Source: Trueperaceae bacterium (GTDB lineage: Bacteria; Deinococcota; Deinococci; Deinococcales; Trueperaceae). Taken from it: DNA of 64,000 bases. Within the stretch, counting starts at the first letter, position 1. Every line of letters begins with the position of its first letter. The stretch lies in contig OZ243956.1 in NCBI GenBank assembly GCA_965214405.1, positions 672,001 through 736,000 of the forward strand, in the 5' to 3' direction. Below, piece after piece: positions 52,665 to 62,815 of the stretch. Below the pieces are notes generated by a model. That model did no database searches. It was not told the DNA's origin and was given only the letters and a program-made list of their open reading frames with translations. Both the position numbers and the translations under genes were made by a program.

Positions 52665-53401
52665 AACGTCTCGTTTTAGACTTAGAAACCAAACGCTCCT
52701 TTGGCGAGGTCGGTGGTCCCCATAACAAAACCAAGCTGGGCGTGAGCGTGGTCGGGGTTTATCACTACGACGGTGACCGGTTTGTGTGTTACCGCGAGGA
52801 GGCGTTTGGGGAGTTGGAGCGCGTGCTCAAAGAAGCAGACGAGGTGATTGGCTTCAACCTCGTCGGTTTTGACTGGCCCGTGCTCGCCGCCGAGTTGGGA
52901 GAATGGGTCTACGACCTGCCGACGGTTGACTTGATGCTCGAGGCGCAAAAGGTCATGAAACGACGGACAAGCCTCAACGCGTTCGCCAAGGCGACGTTGG
53001 GCGCTTCTAAACTAGGTTCAGGTCTGGACGCGCTCGAGTTCTACCGCGCGGGGGATTGGGCGGGGCTCGAGCGCTACTGCTTGGAGGATGTGAAACTTAC
53101 CCGCGACCTTTATGAATACGCTAAAAAGAATGGTCACCTCCTCTTTCAAAAAGGCGACCATAGCGGCACAGTAAGGATGAACTTTACCGAAAGCCCCTTT
53201 GCTGCCCTTTTCCGTGAGGCGGCCAGAACTAAGAGCAGCATCAAGATAAATTACGGTGACCAGGAAAGACTCGTTGACGTTCATTCCTTTGACGGCTCTC
53301 ATATTCGGGGCTACTGCCATCTGAGGCAAGAAAGGCGCACCTTTCGCATTGACAAAGTAGATGCGGCGGAGCGGGTAGCCTCGAGCCAAACGCTCTTCTA
53401 G
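52661..53401 (+). CDS. RNase H-fold DEDDy 3'-5' exonuclease fused to a C-terminal WYL domain
   Basis: DLET, GFN..GFD and YCLEDV; then GYCHLRQERRTFRIDKV. Confidence 0.8.
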   Translation: MKRLVLDLETKRSFGEVGGPHNKTKLGVSVVGVYHYDGDRFVCYREEAFGELERVLKEADEVIGFNLVGFDWPVLAAELGEWVYDLPTVDLMLEAQKVMKRRTSLNAFAKATLGASKLGSGLDALEFYRAGDWAGLERYCLEDVKLTRDLYEYAKKNGHLLFQKGDHSGTVRMNFTESPFAALFREAARTKSSIKINYGDQERLVDVHSFDGSHIRGYCHLRQERRTFRIDKVDAAERVASSQTLF

Positions 53402-53445
53402 CTCCTCAACTCCCAGCCTGCGCCGCTTCGGCTCGAGGGCGGCGC

Positions 53446-54366
53446 TCAGGCCTTGCCCACCGACCCAAACACCTCCATGCGCTCCTTGACGACGGTTTTC
53501 ATCTCGTCCCTGGCCGGTCCCAAAATTTTGCGCGGGTCGAACTCTTTGGGCTTTTGCTTCAAGATTTCGCGGATGGCGGCGGTAAAGATTAGGCGCAAGT
53601 CGGTGTCAGTGTTTATCTTTGCGATGCCCTCGGTGACCGCCTTGCGCACGTCTTCTTCGTGGATGCCCGTGGCGTCCGAGAGTTCGCCGCCCGCGTTGTT
53701 GAGGCGCGCGACGATTCTTTCGGGCACGCCGCTCGCGCCGTGCATGACGAGCGGGTTGGGGAGGCGTCCGGCGATCTCGACGATGCGGTTATGGTCGATG
53801 TAGGGCCGCCCCTTGCCCTTGTTCGCGCCGTGCGAGGTGCCGATGGCGACGGCCAGATAGTCCGCGCCCGTCTCCCGCATAAACCGCTCCGCCTCGTCGG
53901 GTTTGGTCAAAATCGCGTCCTCCGCGGCCACCACCACGTGCTCCTCGACGCCGCCCAAGCGCCCGATTTCGGCCTCGACGGACACGCCCACCGCGTGCGC
54001 CGCCTCGACCACCTTTTTAGTCTCGAGGATGTTGGTCGCCTCGTCCTCGTGCGATTTATCAATCATCACCGAGGTGAAGCCGTAGCGAATCGCCTGCATA
54101 CACGATTCGAACGAGGAGCCGTGGTCGAGGTGGACCGCGACGGGCACGCTCACCTCCTCACCGAGGCGCAGCACGAGCGCGACTAAATCGTCGCCGCCGT
54201 ACTTTAGCGCCCCTTCCGAGAGCGCCACGATGACGGGGCTCTTTGTTTCTTCGGCAGCCTCGAGGATCGCCTGGGTGATTTCCATGTTGTTGGTGTTGAA
54301 CGCGCCAACACCGTACTGGCCGTTTCTGGCCGCGGTCAGGATGTCCATGCCGGTTTTGAGTGCCAT
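53446..54366 (-). CDS. fba: Class II fructose-1,6-bisphosphate aldolase
   Basis: HLDHG, AIGTSHG, VMHGAS and KINTDTD motifs. Confidence 0.96.
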   Translation of the reverse strand: MALKTGMDILTAARNGQYGVGAFNTNNMEITQAILEAAEETKSPVIVALSEGALKYGGDDLVALVLRLGEEVSVPVAVHLDHGSSFESCMQAIRYGFTSVMIDKSHEDEATNILETKKVVEAAHAVGVSVEAEIGRLGGVEEHVVVAAEDAILTKPDEAERFMRETGADYLAVAIGTSHGANKGKGRPYIDHNRIVEIAGRLPNPLVMHGASGVPERIVARLNNAGGELSDATGIHEEDVRKAVTEGIAKINTDTDLRLIFTAAIREILKQKPKEFDPRKILGPARDEMKTVVKERMEVFGSVGKA

Positions 54367-54522
54367 AGGGGGAGTATAACGCACCGCCCACGCGCCCCTT
54401 GCGTTTTTCGGTTTGTACTCAGAGCTTTATAGCGCGCTAATTTTGCATGAGGCTCGAGAAGAACCCCTATAGGTCCCTTCACCGAATCCGTTAAACTACG
54501 ACAGTTGAGGTGATTTTGAACT

Positions 54523-54939
54523 ATGGGCGAATCAGTCGAACCGGGTCAGAAACTTGGAAACTTCAACATCGGAGAACATTTTTCCTCATTTAAGGGAAAA
54601 TTGCCTGCTGAGGCAACAGCAGAAGAGTTGGAGCTTGCATGGCGTTACTACTTCAAACCGTTCACCATCTGGGCTGACAGAGCCACCCATGAGATTTATC
54701 AGATTGGCGTGGAAGAGGGATTTGAAGGCACATTCTTAGGAATAGGCATAGGGTCAACACTTTCAGACGTGCTTACGCGGGTGGGTGCTTACGCAGATGA
54801 ACTTGACGTTTATGTTTTGCCTAAGTATCCAGGAATTGCTTTTCAGCTTCGGGACGAGGATTTTGGAGAAGATTTGGAGGAACTTACAACCCCCTTTGGT
54901 TTTATGACAGTCTTCGATCCCAGGAAGATAATCTTTTGA
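54523..54939 (+). CDS. AT-rich orphan acidic protein
   Basis: GAGGTG RBS; intact ORF; lies between CTCGAG sites at 54453 and 55005. Confidence 0.7.
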   Translation: MGESVEPGQKLGNFNIGEHFSSFKGKLPAEATAEELELAWRYYFKPFTIWADRATHEIYQIGVEEGFEGTFLGIGIGSTLSDVLTRVGAYADELDVYVLPKYPGIAFQLRDEDFGEDLEELTTPFGFMTVFDPRKIIF

Positions 54940-55022
54940 AGCCCTTAGAAGAGAAGATATAAGACGCTCGAAATTTTCAGCGCATTAAGCACAATATTTT
55001 TGAACTCGAGCAGTAAATGGCG

Positions 55023-55721
55023 CTACTGAATTAAAGCCTCAACCACCCTCTCCACCGCCCCGTTCACCGCCCGAACCGCCGCAGGAACGTCCCACGCGCG
55101 CTTATCGCGCTCCCCCACGATGTTGCTCACGCCCCGCAGTTCGGCAAAGGGCACGCCCAGCGCCAGACAGACCTGCGCCGCCGCCGCGCCTTCCATTGAT
55201 TCGATACTCACGTCGAAGCGTTCATGAAGGGTTTGCGCGTCATCAAACGAACCCGTGACCGTCTCGGAGGTGCCAAAGGTGCAGGGATGCGCCCCGGTCG
55301 CCTCGAGAATCTTTTGAGTGAGCATCTGGTCGGTTGGAAAAATGTTGTAGAGGGGTTCGCCTTTGTTCAGCAGAGGAAAACCCAAACTTTCCATGCCCTG
55401 CCAACCCGCGTCCGTACGAACGCCTGTATCCAAGTGGACTTCACGCGCCGCCACCGCGACCATGCCGACGCTCAAAAAGGAGCCCACAAACGCGCCGCCG
55501 ATGCCGAACTGGACGACGGCGGCGGGCTCGAGCCTCTCGAGTGCCAGCGCCAACCCCGCCGCGGTGTTGACCTTGCCGACGCCCAAATGCGCGAGGTAGA
55601 AGGGAAAATTAAAATGGAGGCGGTAGAGTTCGCCTAAGGGGAACTCGAGCCTTTCCGCACCCTTACAAGCCTTTTTGAGAGGTTCGGCTTCCGCCGCCGT
55701 GGCGGTAACGAGCAGCATCAT
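55023..55721 (-). CDS. mqnB: Futalosine hydrolase
   Basis: GVGKVN, FGIGGAF, ESMEGAA and SNIVGERD..AW motifs. Confidence 0.88.
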   Translation of the reverse strand: MMLLVTATAAEAEPLKKACKGAERLEFPLGELYRLHFNFPFYLAHLGVGKVNTAAGLALALERLEPAAVVQFGIGGAFVGSFLSVGMVAVAAREVHLDTGVRTDAGWQGMESLGFPLLNKGEPLYNIFPTDQMLTQKILEATGAHPCTFGTSETVTGSFDDAQTLHERFDVSIESMEGAAAAQVCLALGVPFAELRGVSNIVGERDKRAWDVPAAVRAVNGAVERVVEALIQ

Positions 55722-56380
55722 GAAATGCTCCAGCGTTCAAAGGAGCGTTCGTCTTTGACGCTTGTTCCCTCGGGAAGGGGCTCGAGCACATACGGCGTGA
55801 GGTTTCTATCCCGCGCCTCCTCCGCCAACCGCGCCTCCAACGCCCCGTCCGCGTCCGCCATGAGCATGGCGGCCAACACCTCTCCCCCAAAAACGACCAT
55901 CGCCCCAACCGCCTCGTCTTTGTAGGCGACGTAAGCGGTGATGGCCGGGTGCGCCTGCATGGCCTTGGTGAGCGTAGCGCCGAGCGCAACCCCGTAAGCG
56001 GGTTCGCCATATTCCGTAGCGAAGGTCTCGCCCAGGGTGCGACCTTGCGCCCAGCTCACCTGCTCGACCACCGTGTCACTCTCCAAACCTGCTGGCTCCA
56101 CATCGCGGAAGCGGAAAGCTCGCTCGAGGAGAAAGGGTCCCTCGTCAAGTGCCCGCTCGAGTTCGGCCTCCCGCACCGCGGGCACAACGATGGCGGGGTG
56201 GAGGTTTCTCGAGGCGTACCATTCGGCGACGCTCGCAAGTCCCCCCACCTCGGGATACCAGGCGGCGTTGCTGAGCAAGAGGGGCGTGTGGAGGTTGGCA
56301 AGGGCGTGACCGCTGGGTAGCTTTACCTCCTCTTCACTGAGGAGGCGCGAGAATGCGAAGGCGAGATTATGTAGGAGCAT
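55718..56380 (-). CDS. Hypothetical protein, possibly a degenerate GNAT fold
   Basis: ATGA overlap with mqnB; host-like codons; start uncertain. Confidence 0.65.
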   Translation of the reverse strand: MLLHNLAFAFSRLLSEEEVKLPSGHALANLHTPLLLSNAAWYPEVGGLASVAEWYASRNLHPAIVVPAVREAELERALDEGPFLLERAFRFRDVEPAGLESDTVVEQVSWAQGRTLGETFATEYGEPAYGVALGATLTKAMQAHPAITAYVAYKDEAVGAMVVFGGEVLAAMLMADADGALEARLAEEARDRNLTPYVLEPLPEGTSVKDERSFERWSIS

Positions 56381-56407
56381 TCGCCGTAAAGATGCAGAAG
56401 TACCCAA

Positions 56408-56731
56408 TCACAGTGTGCCTATACGTGTGACTGTACCCTTCTCAACTTGGGGCAACACCTCCCGAACGTGCGGAATAAGCGGGCGGAGCACGTCGATATC
56501 GTTGCTCGTTGCCAGGAACACGATGATACCGAGGTCTAGCATCGTCACGTTCTGCTGGAACTCCAAATTCCGGTCAACCGTTAGAAAAATGTCAAATTCC
56601 TTTTCGGCGAGGCGCAAAAGGTTGCCGTTCTTGATGCCTGCCCAACCCATCTCGGGTACGGTTTTCATATCATGTTCTGCAAACTCTCTCTTGAGCCTTT
56701 TAGGCAAGCATTCATCAAGCAGAACGCGCAC
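56408..56731 (-). CDS. DUF5615 PIN-like toxin
   Basis: MRVLLDECLP, GWAGIKNG.LL and TVDRNL.FQQN motifs. Confidence 0.88.
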   Translation of the reverse strand: MRVLLDECLPKRLKREFAEHDMKTVPEMGWAGIKNGNLLRLAEKEFDIFLTVDRNLEFQQNVTMLDLGIIVFLATSNDIDVLRPLIPHVREVLPQVEKGTVTRIGTL

Positions 56732-56939
56732 TGCTCACCAGGATGTGTTTCGCCTCCTCGAGCGCGGCGACGGCCTGCGCCCTCGTCACGGTGGGGAAGT
56801 CTTCTAAAAATTCGCTGAGGTCGCGGTCCGCTTCCAGATAGTCGAGCAGCGTCCTAACTGGTACACGCGTGCCGACGAAAACAGGCGTGCCGCTCATAAT
56901 CTCGGGGTCGCTGTGAATGACGCTTGGTTTGGTGAACAC
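56715..56939 (-). CDS. DUF433 antitoxin
   Basis: DPEIMSGTPVFVGTRVPV and FLEDFPTV motifs. Confidence 0.9.
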   Translation of the reverse strand: MFTKPSVIHSDPEIMSGTPVFVGTRVPVRTLLDYLEADRDLSEFLEDFPTVTRAQAVAALEEAKHILVSSARSA

Positions 56940-56984
56940 CTTTCAACCTCCTTTGGCGACAGTACCTGCTCCAACGCAGCTAGG

Positions 56985-57938
56985 TTACGCTGCCTGAGTG
57001 GCGGGCATGTCCAGCAGCGCCCGCACATACGCCGCTGCGTCATAGGGCTGCAAATCCTCGGCCTTTTCGCCCACGCCGATGAACTTGATGGGCAAGCCTA
57101 TTTCGCGCACAATGGGCAGCAGGATGCCGCCCTTGGCGGTGCCGTCGAGCTTGGTGACGATGACCCCGGTCACGCCCACCGCGTCGTGAAATTTGCGCGC
57201 CTGCTCGAGCGCGTTCTGCCCCGTGACCGCGTCGAGCACCAGCCAGACCTCCTTGGGCTCGCCCTCGTCGGCCTTGCCGATGACGCGCTTGACTTTTTTA
57301 AGTTCTTCCATCAGGTTGTGCTTGGTGTGAAGCCGCCCGGCGGTGTCTACGAAAAGGAGGTCGTAACCGCGCGCGCGTCTCGAGCCCGCCGCGTTGTACG
57401 CCACCGCGCCGGGGTCAGAGTTGTCGGCACCCGTGACGGTGGGGACGCCCAGGCGTTCGCCCCACACTTCCAGTTGCGCGGTCGCCGCCGCGCGAAAAGT
57501 GTCGCCCGCGGCGAACATCACGCGTTTGCCGTGGCGCTGGTAATACTGGCCGAGCTTGGCAATCGTCGTCGTTTTGCCCGCGCCGTTGACGCCCACGACC
57601 ATCACGACTTTACCCTTGACGTCCACCACGTTGCGCGACACGTCTAAGTTAAAGCCCACCCGGCGCAGCTTCTGGCGCATGGTGTCGGCCTCGAGCTGGT
57701 CCATCAGGGCTTTTTCTAACGATTCCTTAAAGGTGCTCCCCCGCTCGCGCTCGCGCTTGGTCTCCTCAACAACTTGCGTGGCGATGGTCGCGCCCACGTC
57801 CGCGCCGATGAGCGCGAACTCTAGGTCGTCCCAGTCCATTTCCCAACTTTTGTTGAGGTCGCCTAAGTCGCGCACGTCGGTGGTGATGAGGGCTCGAGTC
57901 TTGCTCAGACCCTGCTTGAGCCGGTCGAACCAGGCCAT
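56985..57938 (-). CDS. ftsY: SRP receptor FtsY
   Basis: [22 protein letters not shown] and [10 protein letters not shown] motifs. Confidence 0.97.
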   Translation of the reverse strand: MAWFDRLKQGLSKTRALITTDVRDLGDLNKSWEMDWDDLEFALIGADVGATIATQVVEETKRERERGSTFKESLEKALMDQLEADTMRQKLRRVGFNLDVSRNVVDVKGKVVMVVGVNGAGKTTTIAKLGQYYQRHGKRVMFAAGDTFRAAATAQLEVWGERLGVPTVTGADNSDPGAVAYNAAGSRRARGYDLLFVDTAGRLHTKHNLMEELKKVKRVIGKADEGEPKEVWLVLDAVTGQNALEQARKFHDAVGVTGVIVTKLDGTAKGGILLPIVREIGLPIKFIGVGEKAEDLQPYDAAAYVRALLDMPATQAA

Positions 57939-59494
57939 CAGCGCGCCGCCTCTGTGATTATCTTGGTGGTTGTCTTGGCTTTTGCGGTCTCTTTCGTCTC
58001 CTGCTTCTGTTCCGGTTTTTGCGGGGTGTCGTCGGGCAGCCCCGCGTTAATAAAATTTAGGGCGCGCCCGATGCGTTTTAGCACGCGCCGCTTGCCCAAG
58101 ATGGTGACCAAATCGGTGACGCCGGGGGCGTTGGTCGAGCCCGTCAGCGCGGCGCGTAGGGGCTGCAACACCTTGCCCATCGAGGCGCTTTGCGACTGGA
58201 CAAAGTCGCGCAGGGCGTCGTCCACGCTGTCGTAATCGAAGAACTCGAGCCTCGAGAACACCCCCTCCAGACCCTCCAGATAAGCCTGACCCGCCGCCAG
58301 CTTTTTGCGCGCGTCGGGGCTATAGGAGAAGTCTTCGGTGAAAAAGTAGCCGTGCTCGGTAAAGTCTTGTAACGTCTCGGCGCGGGGCAGGAGCACGTCG
58401 AGTACGTCGAGTAAGTAGTCCTCGCTCTCCCAATCGTAGCCAGCCTCCTGTAGGAAGGGTTTGGCGCGTTCGGCAACCGTCTCGAGGGGGAGGAGGTCGC
58501 GCAGGTACTTGGCGTTGTAGTGCTTGAGGCGCTTCATGTCGAAAATTGAGCCGCCCAAAGACACGCGCTCGAACGAGAAATGTTCGGTCATGTCCGCGAG
58601 GCTAAAAAACTCGCGCCCGTCGGGCATACTCCAGCCCATCGTGCCGAGGTAGTTCAGAAGCGCTTCCGGAACGATGCCCTGCCGCTTGTACGAGTCCAAG
58701 TTGGTGTCGTCCTTGCGCTTGCTTAGTTTCTTGCCCTCCGCGTTTTTGAGGAGCGGCATGTGGACCCAGACGGGCTCATTCCAGCCGAACGCCTGGTAAA
58801 GCAGCACGTGGATGGGCGCGGTCGGAATCCACTCCTCGCCGCGCACCGCGTGGGTCACGCCCATAAGGTGGTCGTCCACCACCACCGCCAAGTGATAGGT
58901 GGGCAGCCCGTCACTTTTTAGCAAAACCGCGTCGGGCACCTCGCCGTTGGGGATGCGGACCTCGCCTCGCAGGAGGTCCCGAACCACCGTCTCGCCCTCG
59001 TCGGGGGTGATGAGGCGCACGACAAAAGGCTCGCCCGCCGCGGCGCGGCTATCGGACTCTTCGCGTGACACATCGCGCCCGCGCCCGTCGTAGCCGTGAC
59101 CGCGGCCACGGCGCTGGAGGTCTTGGCGGATGGCTTCTAATTCCTCGGGCGTTTCAAAGGCGCGGTAGGCTTTGCCCGCCTCGAGCAACTCCTGCGCGTA
59201 CTTTTGGTAAATCTCCTTGCGCTCGGTCTGTCGGTAGGGCGCGTTGGGACCGCCTGCCTTGGGGCTCTCGTCGGGTTCTAAACCGAGCCACTCGAGCGCG
59301 TCCAACACGCGCGCCTCGGACTCGGGGTTGTAGCGTTTTTGGTCGGTGTCTTCGACCCTCAAAATAAAAGTGCCGTCCCCCTGCTTAGCGGTCACAAAGT
59401 CGAACAGGCTCATGTAGGCGGTGCCGACGTGCGGGTCGCCCGTCGGCGAGGGGGCTATTCGGGTAACAGGATGTTTTGCGGGTGTTGCAGTCAT
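57938..59494 (-). CDS. gltX: Glutamate-tRNA ligase
   Basis: RIAPSPTG.PHVG and KLSKR motifs; GGAGG RBS. Confidence 0.96.
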   Translation of the reverse strand: MTATPAKHPVTRIAPSPTGDPHVGTAYMSLFDFVTAKQGDGTFILRVEDTDQKRYNPESEARVLDALEWLGLEPDESPKAGGPNAPYRQTERKEIYQKYAQELLEAGKAYRAFETPEELEAIRQDLQRRGRGHGYDGRGRDVSREESDSRAAAGEPFVVRLITPDEGETVVRDLLRGEVRIPNGEVPDAVLLKSDGLPTYHLAVVVDDHLMGVTHAVRGEEWIPTAPIHVLLYQAFGWNEPVWVHMPLLKNAEGKKLSKRKDDTNLDSYKRQGIVPEALLNYLGTMGWSMPDGREFFSLADMTEHFSFERVSLGGSIFDMKRLKHYNAKYLRDLLPLETVAERAKPFLQEAGYDWESEDYLLDVLDVLLPRAETLQDFTEHGYFFTEDFSYSPDARKKLAAGQAYLEGLEGVFSRLEFFDYDSVDDALRDFVQSQSASMGKVLQPLRAALTGSTNAPGVTDLVTILGKRRVLKRIGRALNFINAGLPDDTPQKPEQKQETKETAKAKTTTKIITEAAR

Positions 59495-59581
59495 GGGTCC
59501 TCCCAGTGCTCCCATTCTAGCCTAGAGAGGACGCGCGCGCTGTTAGGCTAGGACGAGTTTCTGGGAATCCCTCGCTCCCTG

Positions 59582-60499
59582 TTAAGGGTGAGAAAGCCTG
59601 AGCACGGCCCCCTCGAGCGTGGGCGAATCCTGCGGCGTCACCTGATAGACGGGAGTCGGCGTCACGTTAGCGGGAGCGTCGCGCGGCTCGAGCCGACCCG
59701 TGAAGACGAGCGCGGCGACGAGCAGCCCGAGCGCGATGCGGTAGACCACAAAGGGCAAGTAGGAGTGCGTGCTCACGTAGCGCAAGAGCCAGGCGATAGA
59801 AGCGTAGCCCGTCACAAAGGCGAGCGCCGTGGCGAGCAGCGTGAGCGGCAGCCCCGGCCCGCCCTCGGCGAGCGCGTCGGGAAGTTTATACAATCCCGAG
59901 GCGACAACCGCGGGGATGGCGAGCAGAAAGGCGTAACGCGCCGCCGCCGCGCGCTCGTACCCCAAAAAGAGCCCCGCGCTAATGGTCGCCCCCGAGCGCG
60001 ACACGCCGGGCACGAGGGCGAGCGCCTGCGCGAAGCCGTAGATGAGCGCGTCTTTGAGCGTCAGCTCCTCCAACCCCTTGGCGTTACGCGCCAATCGGTC
60101 CGCCACGAAAAGGACGAGGCCCAACCCAATGAGCGTGCCCGCGATGAGGCGTAGGTCGCGCGCGACCGTGTCAATCTGCGCCTCGAAAAGGAGGCCCAGC
60201 ACGCCGATGGGCAGCGTGCCGAAAATGATGTACCAGCCCATACGCGCGTCCAAGTCTCCTCGCAACTCTTTATTGAAGAGCGAGCGCAGCCAGGTGGTGA
60301 CAATGCGCCAGATGTCGCGCCAAAAAAAGATGATGACCGCCGCCTCGGTGCCGATCTGACTCACCGCGGTAAAAGCCGCCCCCGGATCGTCCCAACCGAA
60401 GAGCGCCGGGACGATGCGCAGGTGCGCGGAGCTCGAGATGGGCAAAAACTCGGTGAGGCCCTGAACAACGCCCAAAACGACGGCTTGAAGGGTGGTCAT
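59582..60499 (-). CDS. uppP: Undecaprenyl-diphosphate phosphatase
   Basis: [14 protein letters not shown] and PGVSRSGAT motifs. Confidence 0.95.
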   Translation of the reverse strand: MTTLQAVVLGVVQGLTEFLPISSSAHLRIVPALFGWDDPGAAFTAVSQIGTEAAVIIFFWRDIWRIVTTWLRSLFNKELRGDLDARMGWYIIFGTLPIGVLGLLFEAQIDTVARDLRLIAGTLIGLGLVLFVADRLARNAKGLEELTLKDALIYGFAQALALVPGVSRSGATISAGLFLGYERAAAARYAFLLAIPAVVASGLYKLPDALAEGGPGLPLTLLATALAFVTGYASIAWLLRYVSTHSYLPFVVYRIALGLLVAALVFTGRLEPRDAPANVTPTPVYQVTPQDSPTLEGAVLRLSHP

Positions 60500-60680
60500 G
60501 GCGTAGCGGGTAACATCCGGATATAGCGGGTAGCCTCTGGTTTGAGCAAGACTAGATTCACAAATCACCGTCTAAAATATGATGCGAGAGATGATACCTG
60601 CGCTGGGTTCGCTCAGTATCTGCGGAAACCGTCTTGGTGACAGTATGAACAAAATAGGTCATCACAGTATCAAGGATGCA

Positions 60681-60720
60681 AAAAGAAAAGGCTGAGAGGT
60701 GTGAAACCTTCAACCTTTTC
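60681..60720 (-). terminator. Intrinsic terminator after rpsI
   Basis: GAAAAGGTTGA...TCAGCCTTTTC followed by TTTT. Confidence 0.7.
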
Positions 60721-60738
60721 GGAGAACTTGTTTGAATT

Positions 60739-61125
60739 TTATCGCTTGCTGTACTGTGGCGCTTTGCGGGCCTTGTGGAGGCCGTACTTCTTGCGCTCGA
60801 CCTCTCGAGCATCCCGGCTCAAGTAGCCGCCCCCCTTGAGCTTAGCGCGGTGGTTCGGGTCCATCTCGACGAGCGCGCGGGCGACGCCCAACTTGATCGC
60901 GTCCGCCTGACCGCTGGGGCCGCCGCCCGACACGGTGATGAGCGCGTCGTAGCGTCCGGCGGTGCCGGTGGCTTTAAGGGGTTCTAGAGCCTGAACGCCC
61001 ACCAAAATGCCCCGGAAGTAGTCTTGAAAATCCTTGCCGTTAACCGTGATGCGGCCCCCACCGGGCCGCAAAAACACGCGCGCGACCGCCTCTTTGCGGC
61101 GGCCTGTGCCGTAATACTGTTCCAT
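60739..61125 (-). CDS. rpsI: 30S ribosomal protein S9
   Basis: [18 protein letters not shown] and QYSKR motifs. Confidence 0.98.
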   Translation of the reverse strand: MEQYYGTGRRKEAVARVFLRPGGGRITVNGKDFQDYFRGILVGVQALEPLKATGTAGRYDALITVSGGGPSGQADAIKLGVARALVEMDPNHRAKLKGGGYLSRDAREVERKKYGLHKARKAPQYSKR

Positions 61126-61559
61126 TAGCGTAACTCCATCTCTTTGGGTTGCTGCGCCGCGTGCGGGTGCGCCTCGCCCGGGTAGACCTTGAGGCGGCGG
61201 ATGAGTTTGCGGCCCAAGCGGTTTTTGGGCAACATGCCCCAGACGGCGCGTTCTAAAAGCCGCTCGGGGTTCTTGTCGCGCAGCGTCCGGGCGGGGATTT
61301 CTTTGAGACCACCCTGGTAGCCGCTGTAGCGGGTGTAAATCTTCTGGTCGAGCTTTTTGCCTGTGAAGGTGACCTTGCTCGCGTTCACCACGATGACGAA
61401 ATCGCCGCCCGCCTGGTTGGGGGTAAAGTCCACCTTGTGCTTACCGCGCAGCACCTGGGCGATTTGCGTGGCGAGACGGCCGACCGTCTGGCCCTCGGCG
61501 TCCACGACCACCCAGTCGTGCGTGTTCTCTTTCGGAAAGTATGTTTTCACGTTCTCCAC
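61125..61559 (-). CDS. rplM: 50S ribosomal protein L13
   Basis: W.VVDA, LRGKHK, GMLPKN.LGR and HAAQQP motifs. Confidence 0.98.
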   Translation of the reverse strand: MENVKTYFPKENTHDWVVVDAEGQTVGRLATQIAQVLRGKHKVDFTPNQAGGDFVIVVNASKVTFTGKKLDQKIYTRYSGYQGGLKEIPARTLRDKNPERLLERAVWGMLPKNRLGRKLIRRLKVYPGEAHPHAAQQPKEMELR

Positions 61560-61747
61560 GTCCTCTACGCGTTCTAAGCCTTGTGTTTTGTGCTTCTGTG
61601 TCTTTGATAGGTTGGCCAGCTCTACATCGCTAACTTGATGTCAAAATAGGGCGGCTCGAGCCCGTCCTCTACAACCTCGCGCGCCCAAACCAGTCGGACG
61701 CAAAGCCAAGCGGCAGTGTAGCATACGCTCATATAAAGAGTAAAGCG

Positions 61748-62815
61748 TCAAGCATCGAAAAGCCGCGCGAAAATCATCCGGCCCATGTTGGTTTGCAGGT
61801 TGCTCGTCACCACCGCGTCAACCGTCGAGCCGACCAAGTGCCCCGAATCCTCGACGACGATCATGGTGCCGTCCTCCAGATAGGCGAGCCCCTGCCCCGG
61901 CTCCCGGCCCGCCTTGACGATGTGGAGCGCCAGCCTTTCGCCGGGCAAAAACACCGCGCGCAGCGCGTTGGCGAGTTGGTTGACGTTAAGGACGCGCACG
62001 CCGTGCAAGTTGGCGACGCGGTTTAAGTTGTAGTCGGTGGTGAGGAGGTCGGCTCGGTGGTCTTGGCAGAAGCGGATGAGTTTTTCGTCCACCTCGGTTA
62101 GGTCCGGATAATCGTCGTTGCGGACTTCTGTTTTGATGTGGCGCTGCTCCACGAGCGTGTCCAACACTTCTAAGCCGCGCCGCCCGCGTTTGCGCTTGAG
62201 GGGGTCGCCCGCGTCGGCGATGGTCTGGAGCTCTAGCAGCACAAAGTTCGGAATAAGAAGCGCGCCATCGATAAAGTTGGCCTCGACCACGTCGGTGATG
62301 CGCCCGTCGATGATGGCCGAGGTGTCGATAACTTTGTTGCCGCTCGACCTAACCGCTTCTGCGTGAGTGTGCGTCGGTGGGGACGCAGGCCCCCGGCTCG
62401 CAAAAACCGCCCGGTTGGCGACGAAAAACCACGACAGCGCGACCACCAAAACGAGGGTAATGAGAAGCGAGAAGTACCAGGTAAAGCCGGGCACGCCCTC
62501 GAGCACCGAATTTAAGAGCACCGTAATCACGAGCGCCATCGTGGTGCCGCCCAACGCCGCCAGAATCGCGTCGGGCGGCACGCGGCGCGTCCGCTCGACC
62601 AGTCGCTCCCAAAAGCCTGCCCAGCGTTTTGCTAAAGGCGCGCTCAGCAAGTAGCCGAGCAGCGTGCCGAGCAGCGTGAGATAAACGAGATTAATGGGAC
62701 CACCCAGCACACCGCCCCGAAGTAAGAGAGTCGCGGCTAGGTAACCCAGACCCGCGCCCACGAGGCTAAGCGCCCCCCTGGCGAGCGAGCCCGCGGTAGA
62801 CTTCCGCTCACGCAA
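61748..62815 (-). CDS. Membrane-anchored PIN/TRAM domain protein (YacL-like)
   Basis: Four TM segments, [11 protein letters not shown] and [15 protein letters not shown]; follows radA. Confidence 0.9.
   Translation of the reverse strand: MRERKSTAGSLARGALSLVGAGLGYLAATLLLRGGVLGGPINLVYLTLLGTLLGYLLSAPLAKRWAGFWERLVERTRRVPPDAILAALGGTTMALVITVLLNSVLEGVPGFTWYFSLLITLVLVVALSWFFVANRAVFASRGPASPPTHTHAEAVRSSGNKVIDTSAIIDGRITDVVEANFIDGALLIPNFVLLELQTIADAGDPLKRKRGRRGLEVLDTLVEQRHIKTEVRNDDYPDLTEVDEKLIRFCQDHRADLLTTDYNLNRVANLHGVRVLNVNQLANALRAVFLPGERLALHIVKAGREPGQGLAYLEDGTMIVVEDSGHLVGSTVDAVVTSNLQTNMGRMIFARLFDA

Noticed and set aside
60540..60680. AT-rich intergenic pieces as gene remnants (also 17190-17340 and 33960-34130)
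   Set aside because: No convincing motif was found in the frames I read.
61560..61730. Ribosomal-protein leader RNA upstream of rplM (similarly 42-208 upstream of rpmI)
   Set aside because: Long UTRs are plausible autoregulatory sites, but I could not establish a specific structure by eye; an Rfam search is needed.
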